In this document: one piece after another, positions 26,289-26,422 of the stretch | How positions within the stretch are numbered: position 1 is the stretch's first letter | Layout of the letters: every line of letters starts with the position of its first letter | Source: Oligoflexales bacterium | Lineage (GTDB): Bacteria > Bdellovibrionota_B > Oligoflexia > Oligoflexales > Bog-1112 | Length of the DNA stretch: 26,422 nt | Assembly: GCA_045105515.1 (NCBI GenBank) | Contig: JBGCDR010000139.1 | Coordinates: 1 to 26,422, forward strand | Reading direction: 5' to 3' | Program-made: the position numbers and the translations under genes | Notes under the pieces: model-generated | Told to the model about the DNA's origin: nothing | The model's database searches: none | The model's input: only the letters and a program-made list of their open reading frames with translations

Positions 26289-26422
26289 TGTCTGGTCGGA
26301 AACTAAATTCTTGCCTTTGCAACTCAGTTTTTTTTATCGCGGTTGAAATTAATTTTAAAAACTCTTCTTATTTTCCAGTGATAAGTGAAAAATACCATAT
26401 TTTCGGCAATTAAATATCTTCG
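26284..26422. other. Unrelated sequence fused at the truncation point; possible end of an insertion element
   Basis: No + frame continues the PhyH fold; the new sequence starts GGTAGTG (fits the GGnnnTG ends of IS1-like elements); no transposase or second end lies inside the window. Confidence 0.3.

Noticed and set aside
26281..26345. Group II intron boundary at the PhyH break
   Set aside because: No GTGCG 5' end on the + strand and no domain V motif on the - strand.

Overview
AT-rich bacterial chromosomal window with about 24 genes. Gene content (REC-TPR proteins, stand-alone CheX, hybrid MaeB, glycine-tailed RRM protein, FmdB zinc ribbon) suggests a deltaproteobacteria-like/Bdellovibrionota-Oligoflexia-type host, but that is inference only. 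Housekeeping genes: class I ribonucleotide reductase nrdAB with two NrdR boxes over its promoter, maeB, dacB, trxB-mrp(apbC)-DUF971, rlmH, an RRM protein and an AcuI/YhdH reductase. Less ordinary parts: (i) a divergent pair of paralogous REC-TPR genes and a third orphan gene whose four receiver domains all lack the phospho-acceptor Asp; (ii) a coupled CheY-CheX-PAS kinase operon with no che genes nearby; (iii) a lipoprotein + FadL/TraF-like beta-barrel pair; (iv) an HCF101-like Fe-S carrier architecture split over two genes; (v) a decayed cluster of GTC-tagged palindromic repeats after nrdB; (vi) a structured intergenic candidate RNA; (vii) a PhyH dioxygenase cut short at a sharp junction near the window end. 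No rRNA, tRNA, CRISPR array or transposase was found. Nothing here can be shown from sequence alone to be a new system; the signalling modules and the lipoprotein/barrel pair are the best candidates.
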